From the NCBI GenBank assembly GCA_002811645.1, contig PDIP01000045.1:91801-155800 (forward strand): 64,000 nt of DNA. Direction: 5' to 3'. The stretch comes from Corallochytrium limacisporum Hawaii. Taxonomy: Eukaryota > Protista > Pluriformea. This document shows positions 1-10,336 of the stretch, piece by piece. The notes under the pieces are model-generated. The model saw only the letters and a program-made list of their open reading frames with translations. It searched no databases and was not told where the DNA came from. Position numbers and translations under genes: made by a program. Numbering within the stretch: position 1 is the stretch's first letter; the number at the start of each line of letters is the position of its first letter.

Positions 1-1360
1 ATCGTCTCCATCACGAATTTTGCAATTTTTTGTTGAACACCGGTTTTTCGAAATTCTGCACTTTTTTATTGAACAGAGGTTGGTACCAAGTAAGTTCATA
101 TAAAATGTATTGGAAATGCTTTTAAGGTGGTAGATATCAATAGGAAAGGGTGAGCAACAGGAACACCGAGGGAGGGCCAATGTGGCGGTGGAACATGTAC
201 GCTGACTCCGATCAGCATGGTCCGGCGCTCTGCAGTGTGATCGAATCTTTTGTAATGTACGTTGTGGTTCGTTGTCTACGTACACAACTAGCTGCGCATG
301 GAACGTGCGGGACCGGCGATACCGTAAGACATGGGCCTTCGTCCTCAAGCTCACTATCCCGTCCGAATGCGGCTGCGGTCAGCAGTTTGCGATACCGGTG
401 TATTGTGCGCAATGCAGAGTATCATCCCCAGGGGATTTTACTATGCTGTTGTGGTGTGATGGAGACGATGATGAGGAGACGGTGATGACGGTGCTGACCG
501 CCTACGAGCGAGACCAGAAACCCTGCACATTTAAGCCACTTCTCGCGCTGCAGGGCTACCGCCCAAGGAGCGAGCAATACCGATTGGTAAAAGGGGGGAG
601 GGGGGGGTTGGGGTTGGGGTGTAGCAGAGCGAGGAGATCCAGGCCTGGGACACTTGAACTTTTCTTCATCCTTTTTGCTGCTGTTGACTTTTTGTTTCCC
701 CCTTCCCCTCTCCTCCCACCCCGCAATTCCTTCCCCTTCCTCAAGGCATTCGGACTGACCCAGCCCCGTCCTCGAACCCCCCCCCCCCGGGGGGCGGCGG
801 ATTAGGACTGTAAAGAGTGCGGGTCTTTTGTGTGGCTTTTTTCTTCCTCTTTGCACAGGCGGGGCTCCCGTCCGTCACACTCACTTCGGACGGGTGTCTC
901 CAAATCATACTGACATGGGCCGTTCTGGATGTCAAGACCTTACCTGCCTGCGATGCTCAGTCTAGGTACACTTTTCAACAGCTCTTTCCAAGGGTATGGA
1001 CTCTATAGAGTTTGTGTTAGGCATTCGAGTCCCTTATCAGATCAGGGAAAATGCTGTTCCGAAATTTTTGTGAGCTCCATCAACACTCCTATTGTGTAAT
1101 AAGAAGATGAATTTGTGTCAGCGGGCTGCAACAATGGCGGTGATTGGATCCAGTGGTTGGGAGCGATCAGGCTGACATCGCTTCGCATGTACCTTCAATC
1201 CCAGGGGTGCACCACGCTCCTTGGCTGCGGAAGGCCATGGATGGTACGAGAGACTACAAATATTGCGATGGGCGCAGAATAGAAATTCCATCACGCTAGA
1301 GAGATACCTATCACAAGGATCTGCTGACCATAAGAGCGTACTCATCATAGATCATCCAAA

Positions 1361-1804
1361 ATGCTGAAATCTATTGGACTCACGCGCATGATCTCTGCGC
1401 GCATGGCCAACCGCGTTGGTGCACCCTATGCTCGCAGCATGGCTTCAGGCACTGGCACCACCTCCCGTAACCAGCCCCAGCCCGACAACGTAAACATGCC
1501 CACCGAGGAATTTTTCGAACTGGAGGAATCCGTCATCCGTGAGGAGCAGAGGCAGAACCGTAAACTCAGTCATGACTTTGATATGACAATGGAGGAGGCC
1601 TGGGAGTGGGAAGAGGAAGAGATGAGGGAGAGAGCTGATGACTCACTCGTTGGCGGACCATACACCGCATCTGAGGAGATGGTGAAGGCCGACAGGTCCT
1701 CCTTCGATCCTCTGCACAAGACAAAGCAAGCCAAGAAGCCTCGCCGTATGGGCAAGGATATGTCTACAGAAGAGGAATGGGAGTGGAACGAGAACAGAAA
1801 GTAA
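1361..1804 (+). CDS. Small hypothetical protein (147 aa) with probable mitochondrial presequence and acidic Trp/Glu-rich mature part
   Basis: ATG in caaaATG context. The N-terminus MLKSIGLTRMISARMANRVGAPYARSMAS is Arg/Ser/Ala-rich with no acidic residues. The rest contains repeated M(T/S/P)xEExxExxE segments. Confidence 0.75.
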   Translation: MLKSIGLTRMISARMANRVGAPYARSMASGTGTTSRNQPQPDNVNMPTEEFFELEESVIREEQRQNRKLSHDFDMTMEEAWEWEEEEMRERADDSLVGGPYTASEEMVKADRSSFDPLHKTKQAKKPRRMGKDMSTEEEWEWNENRK

Positions 1805-2185
1805 GGCGCTGCGCATATAGCAACTTTCCATTGCCCCGAATCCCACATTACTCTCTTACCCGATCTTTTCGGTGTTGCTAGTGCGCATCTTCACCAGTGA
1901 TAGAGAAGAAAAGGACAAAGTCATTCCTGCTGTTTGTGTAGCAGGCAAGCAACACCACCAGAAATAAGAAAATGAAAAAAAAAAGCGCCAAAACCCAGTT
2001 TGGATCCCGGACGTGAAGACTTTCGATACCAATTGCGCCGCTGGCACTGTAAACATTTGTTATATTTTATTCAGCTGCACTCGAAGTGTACGGGATAGGG
2101 GATTATGTTATAACCAATAGAACTTTGTTGCAAGGAAGTGCTACTATTCGCTTCAGAAAGAGCGGCTCTTGTATTTCCTTACGCT

Positions 2186-5014
2186 TCAATCGTCAAGGAA
2201 CTCAATGCTAAGGTCATCATCGGCCATGACAACGTCAACGTCATCTTCGATGTCGTCGTCGAAATCAATATCATCGTCATGGTCAATTTCATCGTCGTAG
2301 TAGGCTGGTACGGATCTGTCATACTCTGGACTGTCGATTAAGTCAGGCTCAGGGCCACTGGCACCTGATGCTTTGGGATCGAGCCTGACTTCGACCTTCT
2401 GGACTCTGATGGCACTCACGTACCGGTCCAAGGGAGGGGAAGCAGCCTCGATCTCACCTATGCTTTCCGCGACAATCTCGTCCTCTCCCATGCGTTCCTC
2501 GTCATTGTAGTTGGGTATGCTTGTGTCTTTCCGAAGGGCTCCGTCCAAAGTCCCTAGTTCATGATGCGCCACCTCAGCGGGGGCCTCCTCACGGGAAGCA
2601 GATAGACCGCGTGGCGATGTCCGAGGCACTTTCCTATCAGAAATGTCCATCAAAGGCCTGGCCATAGCTTTATGGCCAGCATCGGGGGTGAAGTCGGTCA
2701 AGAACGGCAAATCAGTGGCTGCTGAACTCGTGGTGGCTGTGATTGGGGCCGGTTTGATATTCACGGTTGCTGTTGGACTCTCTTTCAGCGGCGAGGGCAA
2801 AGTGGGAGCTTCAGTGGTTGCGAATGTGTCGCGTTCGGTCGGGCTCGGTTGCAACGGTTTGTCGCGGGAAGCCTGTTGGGCGTCGGTGGGTTGCGCGGGA
2901 ACAGTGATCGGCATGGACGAGAGCTCTCTGCTGGGAGGCGGAGCTGCCTCACTCACAGCCGGTTGAGGGGACTCCCAACGAACGGCTCGCTCCTTGGCGA
3001 CTTCGACATTCCCCCCCACAGCCATTAGTCCATCTTTGCGCAGAGCCATCATGAGCTTACGGGCATCATCCTCCAGCGCCTTTTGTTCCTGCGAAAGTTC
3101 TTCCATCTTTCCCCTGGATTCTGAGGTAGTACCCATAACAATGGCCTCAATGACATCGCCAGTCTCTTGTGCAAAGGCATCAAGCTCGGCACGAATCTTT
3201 GCAGACGAAGATGATTCGTTTAGAAGGGCAGACCTCTGTTTCATAGTGCCAGGTTCCCCTGTCTCCTCGCGTCGATGGTTCCGCTGCCGTAGTTGTACCT
3301 CAGTGGTCTGTTCCTGCAAGAAGCTTGAACTGGTGTTCATTGAGAAATCTGTTTCACAATCGTCTTCCGAGATGTACTTCGTGGACTTCATTGGCAGCTT
3401 GTGTATAAAGCTCAGACGCAGCCGTCCTATTTCGCCCTCAAGGCGGCGATTCTCTCCAAGTTCCCGACGCAGGCGTTCCTGTAGATCTTCGCATTTGGTC
3501 CTGTAGCGCTTCAGAGCATTGACAAGTTGCTGACCTCGCGACTCCGCTTCAGATTTGCGCTCCAGTTGACGCTGTTGTTCATTTACACGGTGGTTCAGCT
3601 CATCAATCTCGAGGTTTTTTCTGCGCACATCTGTAGATAGTTCATCCAATTTACGGGCGGGCTCCCGCAGGTGTGCAAATGTCAACAGCTGCCGTTCTGC
3701 CTCTTTACATTCCATGGTCAAAGCCTCGACACGCGTACTCAGAGCGATGTTTTCGGTCTCGAGTCGCGCATTCATGGCCTTCAGTGTCTCATTCTCAGCT
3801 GCCATCTCAGTAATGTGCTTTCTACGTTCCTTGAGGACCGTGGCCCTTTCATCCAAGTTCTCTTCCATACTTCTGAGCTCTCGCTCCTTCTGCGAGACCG
3901 CTTGCTCGCGCCCTTCCAACTTTAAGAGGAGATCACGCTCTTTCAGGCCCACTTGGGAGGAGATCTCATTGAGAACATTGGAGTACATGTCCGATGCCTT
4001 TGCCTCTTTCTCGCGAGCGCGATCCTCCCGCCATTTCAGTTGTTCACGCTCCGACAGGACCTGGGCATGTTCTATTTCTTGCTGGCGGCGAATAGTCTCG
4101 ACATCCCGCAGGGAGCGCTGGCGTAGCTCATAGAGATTCTTTTCCATTTCCTCCTCACGACGGCGCAGTTTTTGTTGCGTCTCTTCCTCCAGCAGGCGCA
4201 GGCGCTGCTGACGGTCACTATACTCCTTTTCGAGTGTCTCTCGGGTTGACCGCACCTTCTGATCGTAGCGCTGACGTTCTGCATCCTTCATTGCCTGCAG
4301 TTCATTACGACGCCAGCGTTCCAGGTCCCGCTCAGCACTTTCTTTGGCCACTTTGTCAGCATTCATTTGGTAGGCAGCCAGTCGCTCCTCCGCCAACTGC
4401 TCTCGATTGGTCTCCTCAGTCTCACTGCGGCGCCGAAACTCTTCGTCAAGCTCACGCAGTCGCTCTTCCAGCGCGCTGACGCCCCATGCCTGAGCTCTTC
4501 CGCCTGCGGTACCCTTAGGTGCAGGTTGAATGGCCAATTCTACCTTGGGATTCTCATTAGTCTGCTTAATCACGGACAACATGCGCAGGAGGAAGGACGA
4601 TTTGGCAGGTTCGTCCAGAGACAGTTCTGGGTTCAACAGTATTTCCTTTTGCTCGTCGGTGAACCCAAGATAGTTTACTACATCCTTTGCATCCACGAGG
4701 AGTCCGGCTGGCGTCCCGCACTCTGGCAAGAAAATCGCTCTTGTCTTCAGGTATCCTAGGTCCTTGCAGTGACCTGACAATAAAGAGTTTGCCATGCGAC
4801 CCAAGATCGACTTCTCTAGACCCTGACGTTTTTGATAGTTGTCTTCTTCCTGCAGCCAACCGGAACTCTGGCGATCAGCCATCGCGCGTACAACATGGCT
4901 GTGTATCTGGGAACGAATCTGTGTGATCACCGGGCTCGTTGACGTCAGGATGCGGGCCCTCACGTTCTCGTCCACCTGTAGATTCCGGTCGTGATCTATG
5001 GTGATGTCAGGCAT
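2186..5014 (-). CDS. OFD1: OFD1-like centriole/basal body protein (LisH-like N-terminus, long coiled coil, disordered acidic tail), 942 aa
   Basis: QIRSQIHSHVV...MANSLLSGHCKDLGYLKTRAIFLPECG matches the OFD1 LisH region. It is followed by ALEERLRELDEEF, EERLAAYQ and about 350 aa of heptad coiled coil. Confidence 0.75.
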   Translation of the reverse strand: MPDITIDHDRNLQVDENVRARILTSTSPVITQIRSQIHSHVVRAMADRQSSGWLQEEDNYQKRQGLEKSILGRMANSLLSGHCKDLGYLKTRAIFLPECGTPAGLLVDAKDVVNYLGFTDEQKEILLNPELSLDEPAKSSFLLRMLSVIKQTNENPKVELAIQPAPKGTAGGRAQAWGVSALEERLRELDEEFRRRSETEETNREQLAEERLAAYQMNADKVAKESAERDLERWRRNELQAMKDAERQRYDQKVRSTRETLEKEYSDRQQRLRLLEEETQQKLRRREEEMEKNLYELRQRSLRDVETIRRQQEIEHAQVLSEREQLKWREDRAREKEAKASDMYSNVLNEISSQVGLKERDLLLKLEGREQAVSQKERELRSMEENLDERATVLKERRKHITEMAAENETLKAMNARLETENIALSTRVEALTMECKEAERQLLTFAHLREPARKLDELSTDVRRKNLEIDELNHRVNEQQRQLERKSEAESRGQQLVNALKRYRTKCEDLQERLRRELGENRRLEGEIGRLRLSFIHKLPMKSTKYISEDDCETDFSMNTSSSFLQEQTTEVQLRQRNHRREETGEPGTMKQRSALLNESSSSAKIRAELDAFAQETGDVIEAIVMGTTSESRGKMEELSQEQKALEDDARKLMMALRKDGLMAVGGNVEVAKERAVRWESPQPAVSEAAPPPSRELSSMPITVPAQPTDAQQASRDKPLQPSPTERDTFATTEAPTLPSPLKESPTATVNIKPAPITATTSSAATDLPFLTDFTPDAGHKAMARPLMDISDRKVPRTSPRGLSASREEAPAEVAHHELGTLDGALRKDTSIPNYNDEERMGEDEIVAESIGEIEAASPPLDRYVSAIRVQKVEVRLDPKASGASGPEPDLIDSPEYDRSVPAYYDDEIDHDDDIDFDDDIEDDVDVVMADDDLSIEFLDD

Positions 5015-5264
5015 TGTGTTGCTTCACAGTAGTGTCCTAACGTAAAACGTTATGTTCGGCTCACATCTTCCAGTCTAACCGGCTTGCACTACTGTCTCAA
5101 GTGTTTAGGAAAGTTTTGATGTCGTTGTTGTCTGTTCAAGTGCTCTAAGGTCTACACGCCAGAGATGCCACCAATATGCACAGTCAGATGCATCATGAAG
5201 TACCCTTGGTCAGTGTAACAAAGCCCGTATACGCGAGGCAACGGGGAGAGTTTCCCCTTGCCCG

Positions 5265-5459
5265 TTTTGGCGGGCGGCAGACGGGGACGCCAAGCAAAAC
5301 GGAGGGCCCGGAGGGGTTAGGTTGGGTGTGTGAGGAGGGCGTGAAAGAAAGCCAAGGGGCACACAGAAGCAACAAAGGTAAGGCAAAGAAACTCCATTTT
5401 AATGTACACCCCGCCCCCTGGGGGGGGGGGAATTGCGGGTCGCCGTTTCGCGCCCAAAA
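5265..5459. promoter_or_regulatory. E2F-like sites upstream of OFD1-like gene
   Basis: TTTTGGCGGG at 5265-5274 and near-palindromic TTTCGCGCCCAAAA at 5446-5459, about 250 and 430 bp upstream of the ATG at 5014. Confidence 0.45.
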
Positions 5460-5683
5460 CACAGCACCTGAAGACGTGTGGGGACCGCTCACCCGTTTCC
5501 GGCACACAGAGGGGTGAAGAGTGGGTACTTGGGCCTTTCATTGTTTCGTTGTTTGATATGCGCGTCTCTGTATACAAATGTAACTACATATATTAATATT
5601 CACTTGATGGTACACATAGTGGAAGGGATCCCCCCACGAAAAGGGGGGGGGGTTGTTTCCAATGATCCTCTCCCTTGGACCCC

Positions 5684-8600
5684 CTACGGAACGGGGAAGT
5701 CGTCGGTAGGCAATGAACGGTAGTCATTGTCAGGGACCACGTCTTCGTGCAAAGTATCCATTTCATTCTCATCGCCAAGAGTACCGCTCTTGTCGGCGGC
5801 ATTGTCGTAGTCATCCGGGTCGAGAAGCTTGCTGTTCACATCCGAAACGTTGGCGGTGACCCTAATTCCGCTGTCAGTGGGCTCCATATACTCGTTAGTC
5901 TCTTCTGTTGGGACACCTACACGAGGTGTCTTATACCCACCATCCCTTGCTACATAGTCCAGCAGTTCGCGGCGCGCGAGCATCATGTACTCATGTCGAC
6001 GGCGAGTACTTTCAGTCTGCAAGGTGTCAATCTGGACACCGGCACGCTTCTGCTGCATCACAAGTTGCTGAAGCTGAGACAAAAGTTCTGCGAAAGTAGG
6101 ACGTTCGTCGGGGTCTAGGCGCCAGCACTGGAGCATCAAGTCATGCATGACCGGAGGGCAGCCCTCGGGCTTCGGAAGAGCATAGCCGGAGTCGATGGCA
6201 GCCACTACCTCCTCATTGCGCATGTCTTTGTACGGACGTTCTCCGTAGGAGTACATCTCCCAAAGCAGCACACCGAAACTCCAGACATCGGTCGCAGAGG
6301 AGAAGCGGCGGTATTTGAGCGCCTCAGGGGCTGTCCAACGCACAGGAATCTGTCCACCGCGAGTAATGTACTGGTCATCCTCCATCACGCGGCTCAGGCC
6401 AAAGTCTGCAACCTTGCAGATGTAACCTTCACCAACAAGAATGTTGCGGGCGGCCAAATCACGATGTACGAATGACTGGGATTCTAGGTAGCTCATGCCC
6501 TGGGCAATTTCCAGAGCCATGCACATCAACCGACTCACGCTTAGGTTTGCTGAATCGGTCTTCAGTACGTCACTCAGTGATCCTTTTTCCAACAGCTCTG
6601 TCACAATCATCTGCGGTTCTACCAATGTGGAAACACCGAAGAGCTGCACTATGTTCGGATGGCTGAACCGTTTCATCAGTTCTGCTTCCTCGAAGAAAGC
6701 AATTCGTTTTTCGTCGTCAGAATCTTGTTGCAACGTCTTGATGGCGACTGGAAGAGGTTCGTCACCATAGCCGAAGCCCATCCAGCGACCTTGCCAGACA
6801 TCACCAAAAGCTCCACTGCCGAGATGCTCATCAATCGTGATGCGATCACGTGGCAGTTCCCACTCTGGATCAATCACATGGCCAAGAGAGCCGTGCTGGT
6901 GCTTACCCACCGCAGACTGACGCATAGGAGAAGTTCCTTTAGGGGACATCGCCGCTAGTGCTTCTGGGGTGGTGTAGCTAGGGCCATGGAGTGGATGGTC
7001 ATAGTCACCAGGGTCACTGAGACCCTTCTGAACTGGAATGGGCTTGAATGACCCCATGCTGTGGTTCGACGACATTGGTGACCCATTGCTGTTGCGAGTG
7101 GCCGAGCCAGTGCGGCGCATGCGGCTAGACTGCGCCGCAGCAAGCGCTCCTGCGGCACCAAGAACAATACCAGAACGCAAGTATGGCTGACTGCGACTGC
7201 CGGCCTGGTGCCTGGCACGGGCCATCTTTCCACCATTAAATGTTCTGGAATGGCTCACAAAGACATCTTCCCTGGCCTCGGTATCTAAGTCTCCGAACGG
7301 TACGTCGTAAGCATTCGCACTGCCATTCATGGGTTTTTCACCCGGCGAGGGCATCGACAATTGACTATAGTTGCTGTTGTCCGAAGCCACCGTTCTGAGG
7401 GTGGCATGGCGATCACCAGTACGGCCATGCTCCAGAGAGTCATCCCCTTCGCCTGGGATGGCAATGGCGACGCCTCCATTAGCACTCTCTCCGCTGGTCC
7501 GGCCATTGGAGGGCGTGTCGTTTGTGTCGCTCTCATCCTTGACACTGCGGCGGCGCCTACGGTAAACCGCATAGACAATTCCACCAAGAACAAGCAGAGC
7601 TACTAGTGCGATGGTAACCGCAAACCACGTTTGATCAGTGACATTCGAGCTACCTCCATCGCTAGGGGAAACCTCTCCCCTACGCTCTAGGCAAACGTTG
7701 TCCGAAACTGGTACATTATAATCGCACGCCTTACATTGCGGTCCCGTATAAGAAGTCTGACACTGGCATTGGCCATTGGTCACATCGCAAATGGAATCTA
7801 CAGTTGACTCCAATTGACAATCACAGGCGACGCATAGAATTGACTCACCTGTTCCGCGATTCCAGAAACCCTTCTGGCACTGGTCGCAATTGTCGCCTGT
7901 GTATCCCTCCGCGCAAATTTGGCACTTATCGCCACTGAACTGCGTCTCACATTTACACTTACCTGACGAGTCACAAATGTCGCTTAAAGCCCGGTCTTCT
8001 ATACAATCACACGCACTGCAGGTTTGTGCATCAGCTCCCGATGGGAAGTAGCCATCGGCGCAATCGGCACAATTTGTACCCGTAAACATCTCTTGACACG
8101 TGTCACAGCGCCGTCCTGTGAACTGGAACATACATGTACAGTCTCCAGTCTCCTTGTCGCAAATAGTGCTAGTGCTACCCGTTGCGTCGCAGTTACAAGC
8201 CACGCAGACCTTTTCCCCTATAACAGTGTCTTGTGCGGCCCAATATCCGTCCGCACATTGATCGCATGAATCTCCTGTATAAGCATCAAGGCAGGAGCAT
8301 ACAACTCCAGCTCCATCAGGGTTCTCCCTTGTTGCGCACCCGTCTGCAGGAACGCACGGCTCATTCGCACCACCAGCCGCCCGTGTTCCGGTTGGATTGC
8401 ATGTTGTCAATAACCGGCACCCAGTTATCACGTCCGCACCTTGCTGTGGAACCGCACACTCACAGTACGTATCATCCGGGCAGTCTGCGACACAAAGCGG
8501 TTCTGAATCTGGATAGTTTATCCGACAACCATCTTCGTCCTCTTGGAAGCATTGGAAATAATCGCCGCATGTGACGTTTGCGAAAAATTCCCAGGGAGCA

Positions 8601-8779
8601 GTCGGGCCTCCCTCACGGGCCTGAGCTTCGCATGCGTTTTCGTCATTAACATCGGCGCAAAATGTCGTCGTCGTTGTTTCGCTAGTTGTTTGATAACAGC
8701 AAGCTGTTGCACCCGATACGCTTGCTGTCAAAGCAAGCAGACCGAAGACCAAAATGAGGATAAGTTTTATGTTCCCCAT
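5684..8779 (-). CDS. Receptor tyrosine kinase with laminin-type EGF ectodomain and Eph-like kinase domain (1031 aa from first ATG)
   Basis: First ATG at 8779 (agcATGg) begins a signal peptide (IKLILILVFGLLALTASVSG). Cys-rich LE repeats follow (e.g. CNCDATGSTSTICDKETGDCTCMFQFTGRRCDTC), then a TM helix WFAVTIALVALLVLGGIVYAVY and RRRRR. Kinase motifs: LGSGAFG, VAIK, HRDLAARN, DFG, PVRWTAPE, DVWSFG. Confidence 0.95.
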   Translation of the reverse strand: MGNIKLILILVFGLLALTASVSGATACCYQTTSETTTTTFCADVNDENACEAQAREGGPTAPWEFFANVTCGDYFQCFQEDEDGCRINYPDSEPLCVADCPDDTYCECAVPQQGADVITGCRLLTTCNPTGTRAAGGANEPCVPADGCATRENPDGAGVVCSCLDAYTGDSCDQCADGYWAAQDTVIGEKVCVACNCDATGSTSTICDKETGDCTCMFQFTGRRCDTCQEMFTGTNCADCADGYFPSGADAQTCSACDCIEDRALSDICDSSGKCKCETQFSGDKCQICAEGYTGDNCDQCQKGFWNRGTGESILCVACDCQLESTVDSICDVTNGQCQCQTSYTGPQCKACDYNVPVSDNVCLERRGEVSPSDGGSSNVTDQTWFAVTIALVALLVLGGIVYAVYRRRRRSVKDESDTNDTPSNGRTSGESANGGVAIAIPGEGDDSLEHGRTGDRHATLRTVASDNSNYSQLSMPSPGEKPMNGSANAYDVPFGDLDTEAREDVFVSHSRTFNGGKMARARHQAGSRSQPYLRSGIVLGAAGALAAAQSSRMRRTGSATRNSNGSPMSSNHSMGSFKPIPVQKGLSDPGDYDHPLHGPSYTTPEALAAMSPKGTSPMRQSAVGKHQHGSLGHVIDPEWELPRDRITIDEHLGSGAFGDVWQGRWMGFGYGDEPLPVAIKTLQQDSDDEKRIAFFEEAELMKRFSHPNIVQLFGVSTLVEPQMIVTELLEKGSLSDVLKTDSANLSVSRLMCMALEIAQGMSYLESQSFVHRDLAARNILVGEGYICKVADFGLSRVMEDDQYITRGGQIPVRWTAPEALKYRRFSSATDVWSFGVLLWEMYSYGERPYKDMRNEEVVAAIDSGYALPKPEGCPPVMHDLMLQCWRLDPDERPTFAELLSQLQQLVMQQKRAGVQIDTLQTESTRRRHEYMMLARRELLDYVARDGGYKTPRVGVPTEETNEYMEPTDSGIRVTANVSDVNSKLLDPDDYDNAADKSGTLGDENEMDTLHEDVVPDNDYRSLPTDDFPVP

Positions 8780-10240
8780 GCTGAGTCTTTGCGTATTTTC
8801 CGATATATGCGGGTTCACCACATTCTTGAAAGCATCTATACCATGACTTATTCAAATCAGTTTCTGATCACTTGGCTTTCCCGTGTTGCGTTCTGTCCCT
8901 AAATATTCTTTAGCCGTAGAATTTCCGAATGTATGTTATTTCTGGATATGGGTTATATGCGACGAAGTAATGAACACCCTCAAAAGTATATGTCGCCAAT
9001 AATAGTATTTGATTGTAAGTTAACGGGAAAAGTAATGATCTATCTAGAGTGAATTGTCAAGTACTTGTTCTCATGTAGGTTCATATTGACAGGGATTTCG
9101 ACCTTTCATGTGGCTTATGATCTATCATTCAATACATATAATTCTAGAACAAGTGAATACATTGAAACTATTCTTCTAACAATCTTCCAATCTACATAAT
9201 GTTGGAGACACTCGGGCATTCCATACGGTCATGAACTCTAGACATAAGAAATATAAACAGCGTGCGTACCCAAAAACTGTTCTCAAAAGAAGGGAAAAGG
9301 GCCTTACAAAGGGGACCAGCCCCCAAGAGATCACAGTATCTCTGGCCAGTTTCAAACAGACGCAAACTGTACCGATCGGCTGCCAAATCCCATATAGTAT
9401 GTACTGAAGTGCGTCCCCTCCCAGTTCCCTCCTTGGTGATTCATTTCTCCTTGCAGTCTATGTCAGAACGTTCCTTTTTCTGAAGCGAATTGCAGAGCAA
9501 ATTTTTCTTGAAGAGATAGCTGTAAATCATTGCTATATCCATTCATTAGGTACTCAATGGATTGGGCAAAAAAAACACCGGGAGAGGGAGGAGGTAGAGA
9601 GGGTTTGGAAACAGACGACGCTAGGGACGTGACGTTCGCCCTCTGCTCGGTTTCTTTCGTGTTCCTCGCCTCCCTTTCTGCGGTTCGCAGTCCCTCTGGT
9701 CTGCTTTCGTGCCATAGTGAGCTGCTGTGTGGAGCATCCGAAACATATTGCGAGACAATCTGGAACAAGGCAGGTATAGGGGAAGAGTGCCAGTCCCTGT
9801 ATGCGTGTCGTGTGGAGAGGGTGATGATCCTGGGACCAACCCGCTTGTGCTTAATCTACATTTCTCAAGAAGCAAAAATAAACCTATGTATCCACTATGC
9901 ACAAGCCATTAAGGATATTTGGAAAGGCCCGGCGGATAGAGAAATTATCGGGAACTATACGCGATGGGGAGACTCAGCAGCCGAAGGGGGGGGGGAAGGG
10001 AGACGGGCAGCGGGGAGGGATGCAACGGAAAGACAAGTCAGGCGACCAGAAGAACTAGCAGGGACAGCTTCGCAGGTCCTTCCTCCCGTTTGGAAGAAGC
10101 CAATGCTTGACCGGACTGGTCTCCAAAGCTCTATATATTGGGTACTGAAAAGTCACTAGCCGTTGTGGGAGAGGTGTTTCGAATGTGTTTCTGTGTGGGC
10201 GCGCAAAAACGTGCCTCAGTGAGCCGCGGGGGGGGGGGGG

Positions 10241-10336
10241 NNNNNNNNNNNNNNNNNNNNNNNNNNNNNNNNNNNNNNNNNNNNNNNNNNNNNNNNNNNN
10301 NNNNNNNNNNNNNNNNNNNNNNNNNNNNNNNNNNNN
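10241..10336. other. Assembly gap whose two flanks carry the same sequence
   Basis: N-run with cagtgagccgc followed by a G-run both immediately before (10217-10240) and immediately after (10337-10359). Confidence 0.95.

Noticed and set aside
150-1008. Overlapping ORFs including the Cys-containing 272..805 frame
   Set aside because: No recognisable domain, the 272..805 frame has a non-ATG start, and several frames run through G/C homopolymers. More likely intergenic.
9530-10159. 209-codon ORF
   Set aside because: TTG start, low-complexity purine tracts and no motifs.
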